Notes: generated from the letters alone by a model not told the origin. Shown: positions 27,598 to 41,700, numbered from the stretch's first letter. The stretch is DNA of 64,000 nt from Negaprion brevirostris (GCA_030324005.1 JARDVH010000084.1:92346450-92410449); one strand, 5' to 3'. Program-made: numbers and translations.

Positions 27598-27769
27598 CTG
27601 CACATGCATAATATTGCACTGCACTATGCTTGCAGCTAAATTTATTTAAGCTCAATTTCCGTTTATATTAATTAATTTGAAAAAAAAAATTCTGCACCTT
27701 TATTGGACAAAAATTACACTATTGAACCTCTTAAAATTTATCNNNNNNNNNNNNNNNNNNNNNNNNNGA

Positions 27770-28620
27770 CAATGAGAGAGATAGATAGTGGTAAGTCTGT
27801 GTGTTCGAAAAATAGAGTGATGACAATCTTTCACTGCGAGACAGTATGTTTGCATGGTAAAAAGTGCATGAAGACTGGACAGAAATATTTAGGTTAATTG
27901 AACGGAAACATAACTGTCAAAATATGTTACAAGTCAGGGAATGCGAAATTGCCTATTTTCAGGAAGAATCGGCATAAGCACAGCATCAAATAAGAGAGGA
28001 ATTTCAGATCTCGAAAGGCAGAGTGACCTGCTTAACCCAATACATGAAATGCAATTACAGTGCCAGTAGAGCACGTATTTAGGAAAGCTTAAGCAATATT
28101 ATCGGCTTTTTCTGAGTAGCGCTGAAAATAGAAGTAGAGCGAATGAGCTTCAATTGTTCAGGTGGCCAGTGGGAGCCATTTTGGATGACTACATATTGTG
28201 CATGGTCACGTTATTTAATGAAGGGTATAAACACCGTGGAAGCAATTCACCGATGTCTTATCGTTATATTAGGAAGGGAGGGACACGCTCGCCTTCAATC
28301 TGTCGGTGACCATCATAAAATAAGTGAACTGACTGGGTATATAAGTTTCTGAGTCGTCTCGATAAGGTGCAGTTAAAACAGATTTTTCCATTTATGGGGT
28401 AATCTAGAATTAAGATCCGTAGTTCGTCNNNNNNNNNNNNNNNNNNNNNNNNNNNNNNNNNNNNNNNNNNNNNNNNNNNTGAAAAGATGATGCAAATAGA
28501 CCTTTGAAAAAGATTACTTCTGGTAGAGTGGACAGACCTGTGGTAAGTAAGGTGTGTTTAGGTTATCGTTGTTACCCGGTTTGAATACAGGACCGAATAC
28601 AAGGCTTGAATACCGACTTC
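27770..28620 (+). mobile_element. Degraded CR1 3' portion
   Basis: CETVCLHG remnant; YCAWSRYLMKGINTVEAIHR vs YCVQFWSPYLRKDI.ALE.VQR. Confidence 0.65.
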
Positions 28621-28924
28621 AGGGTAGGATCAAAGCACGTACGCCCGGATCAAACTGGAGGGTCTACCGATCCTTCTGCTGCCGACCTTCCTGCTTCTTT
28701 ATTGCAAGCTGTGAGCTTAGCTGATCGCAATAGACCCGTGTGGAGATTACATACCAGAATCTTTTTGCAATAATTGTCTCACTGAAAATCAAAGTGGCAG
28801 ACGGTTTATTTGTTTCCACACGTTATCATGCATTTTATTTTACAAACTTTAATTGACACTGTAACATCAAACCAAGTAGAATAGATTAGTTGTACACAGA
28901 TGAGCTCACTCATTGCGCTCAAAG

Positions 28925-29040
28925 GCTGGACGGCGGCTCAATGGTTGGCATTGAAGGCTCTTGCGCTAGGGGCTCCAGCTTCAATTCAGGCCGTATGTGG
29001 AAATTATATAAGCTGCCCGTGCCTGTCTGGGTTTCCAACG
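28925..29040 (+). mobile_element. V-SINE 5' part, degraded
   Basis: ggcggctcaatggttggcatt..gtgtgga-like..gggtttcc. Confidence 0.6.
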
Positions 29041-29593
29041 TAAATGGATAAGATGTCCTGACAGAGAATCAATGCTAATACGATGGACAGAAGGGAGTAT
29101 TTCTACTCTATTCATCTGCAGAAGGTCAGCTACGCCCAGCAATACTACTTTCCTTTGAACTGAACTGCTTGATGACAATTTCAGCGTTCTTAGTTCAGTT
29201 TGTACTCTCTACAGTGAACATCTCTTTCAGTCAACGTGATGTGTGTTTCTTTGAAACAACTCCTGCAAAGAGCAATCACCTTTATGTTTCAATTCCACAG
29301 CAATTGATATTTTTTTGGCATCATAAAAAAAATGGCGATGAAACAGGACCTCGTTTATCTCATGTGAATACCAAGAAAGATTCAAGACCACCAAGAAATA
29401 CCAAGAAAAAGTTAGGACTAATCGTTCAGGGCCCACAAACGTCGAATATTAGAACACTAGGGAGAAGGGGCAAGTGAGATAAACGTTGAGGTGCCAGCGA
29501 GGGAAGACCACAGAAGAAAACACTTCTTTGTGAGTTTAGAAATACGGTTCATTTTTATTTAGATAAACGTGAGACTTTAGACATTGATTTGCA

Positions 29594-29835
29594 TATAGAA
29601 CATAGAACATAGAACATAGAACATTACAGCGCAGAACAGGCCCTTCGGCCCACGATGTTGCGCCGANNNNNNNNNNNNNNNNNNNNNNNNNNNNNNNNNN
29701 NNNNNNNNNNNNNNNNNNNNNNNNNNNNNNNNNNNNNNNNNNNNNNNNNNNNNNNNNNNNNNNNNNAGTAAGGCACGACCTACCTGCAACAAAACCATGC
29801 TGGCTGTCTCTAATCAATTTATTACTCTCCAAATA
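29594..29835 (-). mobile_element. Young CR1 spanning a gap
   Basis: (AGAACAT)n tail; YLESNKLIRDSQHGFVAGRSCLT. Confidence 0.9.
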
Positions 29836-29926
29836 ACTATAAAAATATGTGAAAGGCAGAAATGGTTGATGTACTTCAAGGGTAATTTTTAAAAAAATCA
29901 TAAATCCAGCCAATGGTCTACAGGTT

Positions 29927-29968
29927 GATAGATCGAGAGATAGATCGAGAGAGAGAGAGAGAGATAGG

Positions 29969-30008
<40 letters not shown>

Positions 30009-30027
30009 CAGATCGATAGATAGACAG
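29927..30027. repeat. Compound (GA)n/(GATA)n microsatellite
   Basis: Visible directly in the sequence. Confidence 0.95.
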
Positions 30028-30119
30028 ATGCGCTGACCTGCTCGTACAGGCAAAAGAGATAGCGTCCCGATTTGTGTCTTCAATCAGCAAAGCAAAAAAA
30101 AAAATGTTCCTCTGCATAG

Positions 30120-30380
30120 CGTATTCTGCACTTTGGGGAAGAGAGCAACATTACAAATGGATCGCTCATAACAATATTTCTGCCTATAATATAATGTAAA
30201 TCATTTAATTCCTGAACGTTGGTTCATCTGGCAAAACCAGGAAACACAATTAAGGTGGCTTGCAAAGATTCTTGATTGAAAAAACCATGATGCTTCATAA
30301 CGAATAATCATCGTGGGACTGTTCATGTTCCATTTAATGATTCATGTGGAAAACAAACGCATTGCTCAGTCTGCGGCAAC
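30120..30380 (-). pseudogene. Ferlin exon: N-terminal part of C2E
   Basis: Acceptor TTTTGCAG|; PTMIIR..ASHL..MSDPFVML vs PINVLVR..ATDL..KADPYIAI. Confidence 0.65.
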
Positions 30381-30479
30381 CTGCAAAACGTTGATGCAAC
30401 ACTGCATTTGCTGAAAAAGATACAATTTCATAAAGCTTAGTTTGTGTACACAAAAACGAAGATTGCTTGCTGAACATGC

Positions 30480-31800
30480 CTTGTCTAGAATGGTGGCCGT
30501 GGGAGCTGCAATATCGATAGAACTGACTGCCAAATTATCATCACAATTTTGTGCAGGAATGAAAATCCACTATTTGGAAATACCCACAAATGTCAAAACA
30601 ACAACACATAACTCAGGAATATGTCAAAATCGCTCATTCAGCGAGTGAATGCTGGGGCAAGGATTGCGGCAAATGGTGTCAGAGTGCAAGTCTTGGGCGA
30701 TGACTGTTTCCCTGAGGATAACATTCAAAATAAGCAGATGAAAAAGAAATTGATTGCGATAAATGAAATTTATATATATATAAAAGAAAAGCATTACAGG
30801 TGTATAAAAGAGAATGTGGAAAAATACAAAGAGCTCCGTGTGAACGCATGGTATTTACAGGATGAATCATACAGATGCTGGGTAATTCCGAAATTACAGG
30901 GATGACATATTAGGAAGTAAGTTGATACTGGTGTAATTTCTGAGTCTACATACCAAAAAAAACGAATGTTTTTTGTTTAAAATATGCTAATAAAATTTTA
31001 AGTATATACACGAGAGCGTTTTTGCGACTTAAATTTTACATCATCATCAACATGCAGTCGAGGGGGCAAAAATGTGAGATAGCCCTTCAGGTGGTGTGTT
31101 GTAATTTTTCTGGTCTTTTTAGGATACAATTGATAGAAAATATAAATATTAACTGGAGTGTTGTCAGCAGATTGTTCGATGTCAAAAGTGATGGAAAAAC
31201 TTTCTGGATAATTAGCATATTGCATTCGAAGAGGCTTAGTGAATTAAATGGAAGAGAAAATCAAGAGAAATCCTAATAGTCAAGCAAGATTTTATTTTAA
31301 ATCAAGAGTAGTGTCATATGAATACGGCCTCAAGAATAAACATGACTTGTTAACATTGGAGTGTTAGATCTGTACACGGTCTGCGACGTGGCTTCACCCA
31401 TTTACAAATACAATGAACTAAGATGGTTCAGCTCTGATTTCTGATTATGTTAAAACAACAATAAATACAGTGTTATGCATGCAAGAAATATGTACCAAGT
31501 GTAATTTGATGATCTACGGTAGCGTTTCCTGCTCACTCAGAGTGTTAGGAATCTTTAAAGATCAACAGGAAATGACGAAAAATGCTATTAAGAAAAGTAT
31601 GATATGTTATGAGAGCAAGTTATCTTAAAATGCAGAAACAGTTAGTGAAAGCTTCTACATATGTAAAAATCGCAGCAGAGTAGCTAAGGCAAACATTTAT
31701 CATTTAGAGGGTGAGAATGCGTATCAATAACTGAAATTATGAAATGGTCGAGACATTGAACAGGTCGCTATTGTGTAGCTATTGTGACAAAATGAATAGT
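30480..31800 (+). mobile_element. Highly degraded CR1 (endonuclease/linker region)
   Basis: NAWYLQDE vs TETWLQE; YESKLS..SESFY linker remnant. Confidence 0.55.
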
Positions 31801-32530
31801 ATACTCCTCTCACATAATTAACACTCAAGGAACGCAAGAAGATGAGCTTCCCTTTCATAATCAATTTTAACTGTGTGCGTACGTGAAATAGTACCATCTG
31901 CCTGTCGCAATTTTATTGCCTAATTTAAAATAGCCACCTGGGACTCTCTCTTTAAAATAACAAGTAACACTTTATTTTGTCTAACAAACAGTGAACAGGT
32001 TAAGTAAACGACAAACAAACAGGATAAATCAGCATTTTATATTCGAAGAGATATTCGGCTTAGTGAATGAAATGGAAGACAAAATCAAGAAAAAGCCTAA
32101 TAGTCAAGCAAGTTTTTTTCTAAAATCAGGAGTAGTGTCATATGAATACGGCCTCAAGAATAAACATGACTTGTTAACACTGGAGTGTGAGATCTGCACA
32201 CAGTCTGTGACATGGCTTAAATAATAACAATTCTGACTTATTACCAATAATAAAATATAATTTTTAGTCACATTAAAAATGCAGTCAGATTTGTCGACTT
32301 CCTGGAATCGTTTTGCTTCTTTGATTTTGCTCTTGTGTCTTTTGAGAGGAAATAAGGCTTTCTCTTGAAACATATATTGTGGCTGTCACACTGGCAGGAA
32401 GTTATCTGTTTGCATCTCTCTAGCTGTGAGCTATGGCCTTAGTTGGTGGAAGATGCAATGGCTGTTTTGTGACATTTCGGAGCTGTGAGCTGTAGCGTTT
32501 AAACTCGCAGTGGCATACCAACATTCGTAC

Positions 32531-32930
32531 AATAAGATTGGGTCACAGGTCATCAAAACATCAAAATCCAAATCCGATAGCCTGCTGATTTTCAAATGCC
32601 TATTTCAAATTATTTGGTTAAAATAAAATAAAAACATATTCTGGTTCAAATACCTGAAATCTGTTACCAATGTAATCCTAATGTCGCCTGATGCCTTGTT
32701 TCAGTCTGAATTGGATTTTAGCACCTGTATTCTTTTTTATATATACAAACAAAACTCCTTTGCAGTCATCGCCCTTTTTTTAAAAAAAACAACTGTTTCA
32801 CCCTTTTACAACACTAACTTTGAAACATCTCACCCTTTCGGTAAAGAAAATGAACCTTCGTCATAAAAAAAATGCTTCATGCATTTTCCTCTTTTAAAAT
32901 CGCAAATTGCATCCAGAATCATATTGATCC
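32531..32930 (-). pseudogene. Ferlin exons preceding C2E (~32834-32930; 32654-32724; 32531-32599)
   Basis: SFSLPKG vs TFNLLRG; DYIGNRFQ|GT followed by HLKISRLSD vs IVGRFK|G and GLFKIYPLPED, with the intron at the homologous position. Confidence 0.65.
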
Positions 32931-33069
32931 AGTGTCAGCTGGATTGGGGGGTGGGGGTGGGGGGTGGGGATAACTATGTGAGGTTACAGGAGTAGGGCCT
33001 GGGGTGGTCATTGCAGATTTGTTGGACTGAATGCCCTCCTTCTACACAGTAGGATTTCATTAATTCTTT

Positions 33070-34685
33070 ATATGATTAAAGGCAGACAAGCCCCCTTGCC
33101 CTGATGGAATGTATCACAGGCTCCAAACAAAATGGTGGGGAAATTGTAAACGCATTTGTTGTAATTTACAAAACGTTGCTGCACTCTGGGCCATTCTTGC
33201 AGGTTGGAAAACAGCAAATGTAACACCATTAGTTACAAAGGGAGGTAGACATAAAGCAAGAAAATATTGGTTGGGTAATTTAACATGTGTATTGTGGTAA
33301 CTTCTTCAGTCTATGATCAAGGACAAAATAGTGGGACTTCTGGGTGTGAGTAATCCCATTAGGATGATGCAAAGTGAGTTCATGACAGCCATGCCATTTT
33401 AAACTCGTTTACTCCAATTATTTCAGGACATTCCCAGCAGAGCTTGCTGTGGTATATCTGGATTCCCAGAAGATAGTCAACAAATTTCTGCACAAAAGGC
33501 TGTTGCATATGATAAAGTTGTATAGCATAATGACTAATGCTCTGGCATGGGTAGAGGATTGGTTAACTAACAAAAAGCATAAATAGGGTAAATTGAATTT
33601 TTCCTGATTGGCAACCAGTGACGAGTGTTGTGCCTCAGTTATCAACATTGGAGCCGCAATTGCTTGCAATTGACCAAAGTGTTTGTACTTTCGGAGAAAG
33701 TGCAGTGTGTCAAAGTTTGCAGATGACATTAAGATGAGTTACAAAACTAAATGTGCAGAGAACACTCAACGTCTGCAAACGGATACAGTTATTCGAAGTG
33801 AGTGTACATGGGTCTGTCAGATTTGGCACACCTTTGGTAAATGTGAGATCATCCATTTTTGTAGGATCAACAGAACAATGGCCCATTATTTAAATGCTAA
33901 ATGTTGCAGCTTGCTGCTGTGCACAGGGTTCTGGCTGTGTGTGTGCATGGGGTTCGCAAAACGTTGGTTTGCAGGTGCAGCAGGTAATTTGGAAGGCAAG
34001 TGGAATTATGTCCTTCATGGCTGGAGGGAAGGAGTTTAAAACTGGGATGTCATATTGCAGCTATATAAGGCGCTGGTGAAGCCACACCTGGAGTACTGTG
34101 TAAGGATTTGGTTTCCTTATTTAAGACATAGCATACTGGCACTGGATGGGGNNNNNNNNNNNNNNCAGGGGTGGGGGGACTTGGTGAGGGGGTGTAGATG
34201 AGATTCACTAGGTTGAGTCCGGATTTGACTGGGATGGCTTAAGAGGAGGCATTGCTTCGACTGGGACTGAATTCCATGGCATTTAGAAGAATGAATGGGG
34301 ATTCTGTGGACACATTATCATGAAGGGTATAGATAGATAGAAACAGGGTGATTATTGTCCCTGTCAGTTAAGCTGAAATCGAGACAATGCCTCAACGTGA
34401 GGGGGACAAAATTTGCGACTAATTTGAAGAGGAACTCCTTCAACAAAAATGATGTGATCTGTAGAATTCCCTGCTCAGTGAAGATGATGAAGCTACTCAT
34501 TGATTTGTTTTACGTTCAGGGAAAGATATATGTTTAAACAAAACGGGATTAAGGGATATGGTGAGTGGGCGGGTAAGAGGAGTTGAGTCCATGGAAATAT
34601 CAGTCATGATCTTATTGAATAGCGGGACAGGCTCAAGGTGCCAAATGAAATCCTTTTGCTACTATTTTTATGTTATTACGTTCTG
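33070..34685 (+). mobile_element. CR1 RT to 3' end
   Basis: WKTANVTPL..KGGR; VSKFADDIK; ALVKPHLEYCV. Confidence 0.9.
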
Positions 34686-34711
34686 AATGAGCATTGCACG
34701 TCATTACTTAC

Positions 34712-35815
34712 TGCTCGTTTGAAGCAGTTTTCTGCATTCTAATGGAAGATAATAAGAAACATTGCAGTAAATAACTGAAACCTCATAACGGATCAAACAA
34801 TTAAATTACAATGCACGAACATCATTAAATAAAACATGACATGGGAGGGAAATGTTTAATGCATTGCAATACATTGTTATTTTTCGGCAGTTACATATTT
34901 CAGTATTTGCCTAATTTNNNTTTTGGGGGGGGGGCGGCGTGCGTTGCAAGATGTCGATGTGTCTTTCGTATGGAAGCACATTATACCACGTAACCAACAG
35001 ATAGTCTCCTGAGATCGGAAGATCCTCGACGTGCAACTTGTGTCAAATTGCGGAAACAGAATTGCCTGATTCTGTCCACATATATTAGAAATTTGAGGGT
35101 GTTGAAAAATGTGTGGAAGAGGGAGCAATTGACAATTGCCCGAATGCACACACAACAGTTCTACCGTCGATGAAAAACGCGATGCTCATGACAGTCCGAT
35201 AAATGTTTTCCGCCAGGAAATGTCTCGCCCTCACCTGAGAAGGATCTGTAATGTTGTGGAAGGATCGATGTTTAAGTACATGTTGTAGGCTGGAGGTACA
35301 GACTTGATGGTAGTGATATCAATTTATTTCCATCATTCGGCTCACTAGGAACTTATTCCGTGATAAATGTTTGCAATTGGAGTCAAATGCGCTACACGTT
35401 GATGCATGGACGCTAAATTGTTGCCATCAAATCCACAGGAATACAAAACTTGAGCTCCAGGCTTAGAGGCAATTCTGGCACATGCGTGGTGCATTTTCAA
35501 AGAGGATTGATAGTTTAACTTTCTTGAAACGAGATTTTGTCTTTCAAGGTTATAATCAGACACTGTTTTCCATGTCAATAATTGAATGATTAGTGGTTTG
35601 CAAGAGGACATCATTTGGATAGAGAGTACACACATTACTATAATGAGAAAACAAGCAACACCAATCCACTAAATTAAAGATGAAGACATACACACAAAAA
35701 ATTAAAATATATCACATGACACCATTTCGCATTTGCAACACTTGGCAGGCAATCGACAACGAATCGTACAAAGACATGACAATCTCTGGTGGTCAACGCT
35801 GTGGGTAAAGCAGCC
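34712..35815 (-). pseudogene. Ferlin exons: end of C2DE, linker, WW motif and IY..LE exons (~35700-35815; 35235-35637; 34895-35071; 34712-34774)
   Basis: ALPT..PPEIVMSLYD/VVDC vs DLPE..PPLNIRVVDC; ICW..W..ASI vs LDWWSKYFASI; IY..PLE vs VYPKELE; donors CAG|GTGAGG and GCA|GTAAGT. Confidence 0.6.
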
Positions 35816-35959
35816 CTGTATAATTTTGAATCAATTCAACTGTTAACGAGCACTACGTTAAAGTGAGTTGAAACTTGGTGAAGAGACATCATAAGCGAAT
35901 AACTTCCTCGAAATGTTCTTATTTCCAGAGCAGAAGCACGGTTCATCATTATATGGAAA

Positions 35960-38735
35960 GATAGAGCATATAAAATAGCAGCAAGAAAAGTCTATTCACC
36001 CATGGGAGGCTGCACCAAAAAACATAATGACCCTGGCTAATTATGGAACTCTGCAACTTGCCCCCGCGTTCCCGCCCATATCCTTTGAAGTCTTTATACC
36101 TAATAGTTAAATCTAACTATTGATTGAAAACAAGCAAAGTCTTGGTCTCAAATGCGTTAGGGCAATCCATAGGCTTACCATTCCCTGCGTAAAACATTTG
36201 TTCCTCCTCTCAACTGCAACCACCTTGCGTGTCTTTCTACCAAAGTGATTAAGCACTCGTTTTTGTTTTTAACTGCAAACTACTACTTCTGCAACACATT
36301 TCCTCACTCGCTCAAAGTATTCCAATCGCACTGAAGAATCTCTGCATCCTTCTGCCTATCTACTCTCTTATTCAGCTTCTTGTCATCTGTAAACTTGGAG
36401 ATACTACATTCAGTTTCCTCATCGAAAGCATTACAAAAAAAAAAAACATTTTACATTGCTGCAAGGCTGCCATTGATCACTGCGGCGTCCCACTATTTCC
36501 TGTCTGCATTTTTTAAAGTGCCGTTCCCCATGAAAATCCAATAGCCCTAACCTCATGAAGTTTAATTTTCCGCGCTAATTTCCAAAGTTCATTTTCTTTT
36601 TTAGAAATTCTTCAAAAATCCAAATGTATTATTTCCACACCTTGCTCCAAATCAACTCTACTCGTTAAGTGGTCGAAAAATGCTCGTGGTTTCTCAAGCG
36701 TAATAATAATGCTTTCATAATTCCGTACTAACTCTTTCCGATTGTCCCATCATTTTCCAAGACTTCTGCTTTGAAATACTTCGTGTTAGACTCTAGCATT
36801 TTCTCAACCAATCCCCACCAACCGACGCCAGGATCACTGGCCTATCATTTCTTTTTCCCGCTCTACCTGCGGTTTTAAACTGTTGTTACAACAGCTGCTT
36901 TCAAATCCAAATGAACTTGCAGAACCGATATAACGTTTGGAAGATAAACACCAACGCATCCAACTTCTTTTTCAGTGCACAGTCCTTGTGATCTCTCGGA
37001 TATAGATTAACAGTTCGTGGGGATTTATTGCCCTACAATTCCATTAATTTCCACAAGGCATCGTTCTTTTTTTTATCTGAATGACTCTGATCTTCACTGC
37101 GTCCATTTTACTAGACCACACATTCCCCTCATATCTGGTACGTTGTTCCGTGTCCTCATGTTTGATGACAAACGAATGCACGTATTATGTTGGTTAGCCA
37201 TTTCCTTGTTCCAACGTTGTCAGTTTATTTGCTTCTGACTGTAAGGGGACTACACTTCATCACAAATCTTTTCTTTTCACTTATGTGTGCATATGTTTGC
37301 AGTCAGCTTTGATCTTTGATTCCTTGCAAGCATACTCTCATATGCAAATATGCACACACCCCCAACATACGCACCTCGCTCCACCCCCTCCGTCCACTCC
37401 CCGCATTCTTAAGCACACCAGTTGTCATTTTCTGCTGAATTCTAAACAGGTCTCCACTTTGGCTCTGGCCATGTTGCACGTCTCTTCTCGACGCTTATGT
37501 CTCATACTGTCCCTAATTTCCCTCGTAGTACATTGTTTGTCCATTCTTCCCTTCCGATTTTTGAACCAATCAAGAAACACCATTTGTTGCAGGTTTTATC
37601 AAGCACTATTTGAATGCTTGCCATTACCTGTCGAGCCCCTTTCCTTGAAGTACCGTTCCCCGGCCAATTGCAGACAACTCGGACTTCACAACACTGTACT
37701 TTACGTTGTTTAGATTTCGGATCCCTGTCTCAGAATCAATTACATCGCCTTCCGTCCTGATGACGAATTCTATCAGATTATGTTTGCTCATCTCCAACGG
37801 TTTTTGCTCAACGAGAATGTCAGTTGTGCCTACTTAATGTCCTAATGCACTGTCTCGAAAGGTGTGCACTCTTATTGGTTCCCCAATGCCGACAATTATC
37901 TCATGCACACTCTAAGAAACCGTCTCCGCAGGTATTGTGACGATCTTGATTATTGCAATCTATATTCAGATCACAATCGCCCAAAATAACAAATGTTTCT
38001 TTGTCGCATCCATCTTCAGTTTTCTGTATAACGTCATTCTCAACATCACCATTACATTTTGGTTGTCGACAGATAAAATCCGCTAAGCTCTTTGGTGCTT
38101 AGCTCAGCTCTACCAGCAAATTGCATACCAATACAACTAATGCCTTCCCTACTCTTCCATTAATTTGCCCCCCTTTTTTCCAGCAATGCAGCTCCACCAT
38201 GTTTTCATATTTTTTCACCAGTGCTTCTTTAATACGGTAAACTCTTGAGTATCCATTTCCCATTCCGGGAATGGTCACCCTGTAGTCTTGTTCCCATGAA
38301 CTTGATTGTGTCATAACCGTTTTTTGTCAATTGTGGATGAAATAAATGTACAATATTGCGAATATTCTCAGTATGACGAAGCAAAGTATCTTTACCATTA
38401 CCTGTCTCATTCCTGTTTTTTTTTGTTTCTGTGAAGCAAGTTAGCTCCTGGATCTTCATACGCCTGCCTATCATTTTTCTTGCTCTTGTTTCTCGATTTG
38501 GCTCTCATCATTGCTGCCCCCATCCTCTGATTCCTTGCAGAGTTTGCCTTCCCACTGCCCGTAATTTTGAAGCCTCCACAACCATTCTCTACCTGAATCC
38601 CCTGAGCACATCCGTCCTTGCCCTTCAGTGGTGCAAGGCATACTCTATGCAGATGTCCTACCTCTTCGTATCCGCCCCAATCACCCACAAACCTGAAGTC
38701 TTCCCCTTCTTCAGTATCCTTCCAGACACAGATTG
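35960..38735 (-). mobile_element. Long degraded CR1 (end of ORF1 esterase, endonuclease, RT, 3' end)
   Basis: FRFVGDW ORF1 remnant near 38690; antisense SKFTDD near 36390; 3' tail near 35970. Confidence 0.75.
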
Positions 38736-38809
38736 ATCTCGTTTGTGTGTTTTTGGGACATCTGAATTTCTAATGTTTATAAGTTATTAAAGTGACACAA
38801 AGAAGATTA

Positions 38810-39631
38810 ATCAAGACGTCGAATATTTCGATGAACAAGATGAGTATGATTTCATTATACACTAAGTTATAAATATGAAGCAATTATATCTCAATATATT
38901 CTAATATCGTCACTGCACATTCCACAGGTGCCTACATTGAAACAAAAAGAAGAATGCAAATATGTACCAATCAAGTGATTGAGTTGACCAGCTGTAACGA
39001 GAAATTAAATTTATCAGTTCATGGCAGATAAGGTGCATCTTACATGTAAGATGCGTGCTGCATCGATAGATAGAGATCAACTTAATAAATGATAATAGAG
39101 ACGCTGTGTTGTAGCAAATAACAAATGTACCAATTCTGCAGGAGTGCCGTTTTAGAAATGTGTATCTCACAAAGGTAAACCAAAGGAAACCACCCCATTC
39201 AGCTGTTTGCCTCGCTACATAACTTTGAGCTAATTGGATCTCATAATACATATACTTTGCAAACTATTTCCCAAAGTTCACAGTGAAAATGTACAATTTA
39301 TATGTTATCTGACGATTTCCTGTTGGAATCTATAGAGGTAAGTTTCATTTGTCAAGAAACCAATCAGCACTCGTTAGCTACTCTTTGCATAGATTACTGT
39401 TTTCAAATAAGTAAATGAGCGATTTATTTATATGTCAGCAATGTTTGCTGGAAGTTTCAGAAGTTTTCTAAAAAAAAAACATTTGATTTTGTTAACAAAT
39501 AAAATGAATATGCCGAATATTTTTTGATGAAAAAAATATGGCGTACATTCAAACAGAATGAAAAATCCATATTCCTGAACAGCTCCAAAAACATCATCAG
39601 CACATGGAATGGTCATAAACATTGGGGCGAA
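38810..39631 (-). pseudogene. Ferlin exons: end of C2D (39547-39631) and C2DE (39131-39329; ~38810-38931)
   Basis: FGAV..GFFILFE vs GELLASFELIQ; RPISSK..FLW..LKR vs [25 protein letters not shown]..IYN vs IECA..IHN; three clear pyrimidine-rich AG acceptors. Confidence 0.65.
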
Positions 39632-40509
39632 CTGAGAGAATGCAGCGGTGGAGAAAACACGAGATGTCAACAGAAATGTGTGACAAGCAAAATATATGTC
39701 AAAATAGAGAATCTCACCAGCTTCCTTCAACTTTGCCTGTAGGGTTACTATGTCTTGAAAACAAATTCAATGGGCACGTTATAATGGGTGGTTGTATTCT
39801 CTTTGAAACAGCTAACTCATAATTCAACGAAAATTACAAGTCAGTGTTTGGTGGTTCTACGATACTTTAAGTCATAACTTAATGGCTCTCCTATTGAGAA
39901 ATTGGGATTATCGCAAAGATCGCTTCTCAATCTACCTTGACAGTTTCCACGTGCGTTTGCTTGACAATTATCCATAAGGCATAACGTCCTGTGAACATTG
40001 GGTTAGAATGGGATTCATCAGCGAACGCAAATGAAAAGAATAACTTCGTATGGTCCTGAGAGTTAGCGATCATGAGGGCGCGGGAAATTTTAGAATGGAA
40101 AATAAAATCTTCTCACTTAAATTCAACTAATTAATTACAGACCTAGGCCAGTGAGACGCGAGAAACGTCAAACACCTTAAAGTCTTCGGCGGGAGTTTGT
40201 TAATCACTTTGATGCAACCAACCATAAATGCCGCCAACAAACGTAGGAAATCAGATTTTCCCGAACTGACCACCAAACTCCACCCTTCCCCACAATGCTC
40301 GGACCTGGCCGGCACTGGCCGTGATGCAACACCACCGAGACACATCCAACACGTCGCATCCTGTGCCCGAAGCAGGTCAAGACCCCGCCAGAACAGGCCC
40401 GACATGACTGAGATAACCTATCCATGCTTCAAATGGGCCAAAACGACAANNNNNNNNNNNNNNNNNNNNCGCCTCCCGACCAACCCCGCTGCCGTCATTA
40501 CCCAATTCT

Positions 40510-41700
40510 GAACAAGAACATAACAACTAGAAGCGAGGGTAGGACATTTAGCATCTTGAGCATTTTCCGCCGTTCAATGACATCATGGCCGAATTATCAT
40601 GGACCGAGCTTCACTCACCCACCCGCTCACGACATCACCTAATTCTTTTATTGTTCAAAGATATCTTTATTTTTGTCTGAGAAACATTCAAAAAGGTTAC
40701 CTCTACTGTTGAATTGTGCAGGGGATACCACAACCTACCTGCCTCTATCTTATCTAGCCCCTTCAAAATGTTACATTAATCCATAACATTCCCCCATGCT
40801 TCTAAATTCCACTGAGAATAATCTCAACCTACGCAGTCCACTGAGACCATTTAAGGTTGACTGTACGTGCACCCTGTCCCAACATCTCAATCACTTAGCT
40901 TTGAAATTTGTCTTCTCCCGTTCAATGGTTCATTTAATGTTAGCTGCGTAATTGCTGATTGTGCAGTAAAATGGCAGGTACCGCCAGTTTGCGTATTTAT
41001 GTGTTTCACTGAGGAAGATTCTGAAATATTTCACTACCTCAGTCTCAGTTGCCAATTGTGACAAATTTTAGGCATACAGGATCTCAGAATTCCAATCGGA
41101 TGTCAGTCGCTAACTAATGACAATTTGCTGCTCATTGTCGCTCCAATGAAGTTACAAATCCGTAGGTCGTTGGCAAAAAAAATGGACCATTCAACTGATC
41201 GAGTCTGCTCTGCCATGAATGAAATCATGACTGATCTGAAATTCCACGACAACATTTTTCCACTTTTTTTTTCCAAAACCATGATTTTCCACTGATATAA
41301 AATCTGTACATCACATTTTTCACCACACATCTCATCCATCATAACCTTACATGGTAAGTCATTCAACGATGCATGACCTTGCGACAAGAAACTCCTTCAT
41401 CCTGCCTTAAATGGCCGACTATCTACCCCGAGATTATGCCTTCCGCCCCTCGGATAATGGGGAAACCAATTATCAGGACCCTTCCTGTCAAGCCTCCAAG
41501 GAACTATATGCATATCAATAGAGTAATCGCTCATTCTTTTGAACTTCAATTTTAAGAGGTCCAAACTGCTAAGCCTGCTCTCAAAAGAAAATGCCTCCAA
41601 TCTAGGCATCAACATAGGGAACCTTTTTTTTTGTACTGCCTTCAATACCACTATATGTATCCTTAGAGAAGGGGTCTAAAACATTTCACAATATCACGTA
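40510..41700 (-). mobile_element. Two degraded CR1 3' ends (~40510-40880 and ~41150-41700)
   Basis: aacaagaacataac tail; ccatgaatgaaatcatgactgatct; cctgtcaagcctccaagga. Confidence 0.65.

Noticed and set aside
32220-32930. Possible solo LTR
   Set aside because: No TG..CA termini or TSD found, and the distal part contains ferlin exons with splice sites.
34920-35640. Initially read as an antisense Penelope RT/GIY-YIG fragment
   Set aside because: Similarity was vague; the segment fits better as collinear ferlin exons (ICW..W..ASI, CAG|GTGAGG donor).
40130-40510. GC/CpG-rich patch as a promoter or non-autonomous DNA transposon
   Set aside because: No terminal inverted repeats or promoter elements could be established, and the whole domain is CpG-rich.
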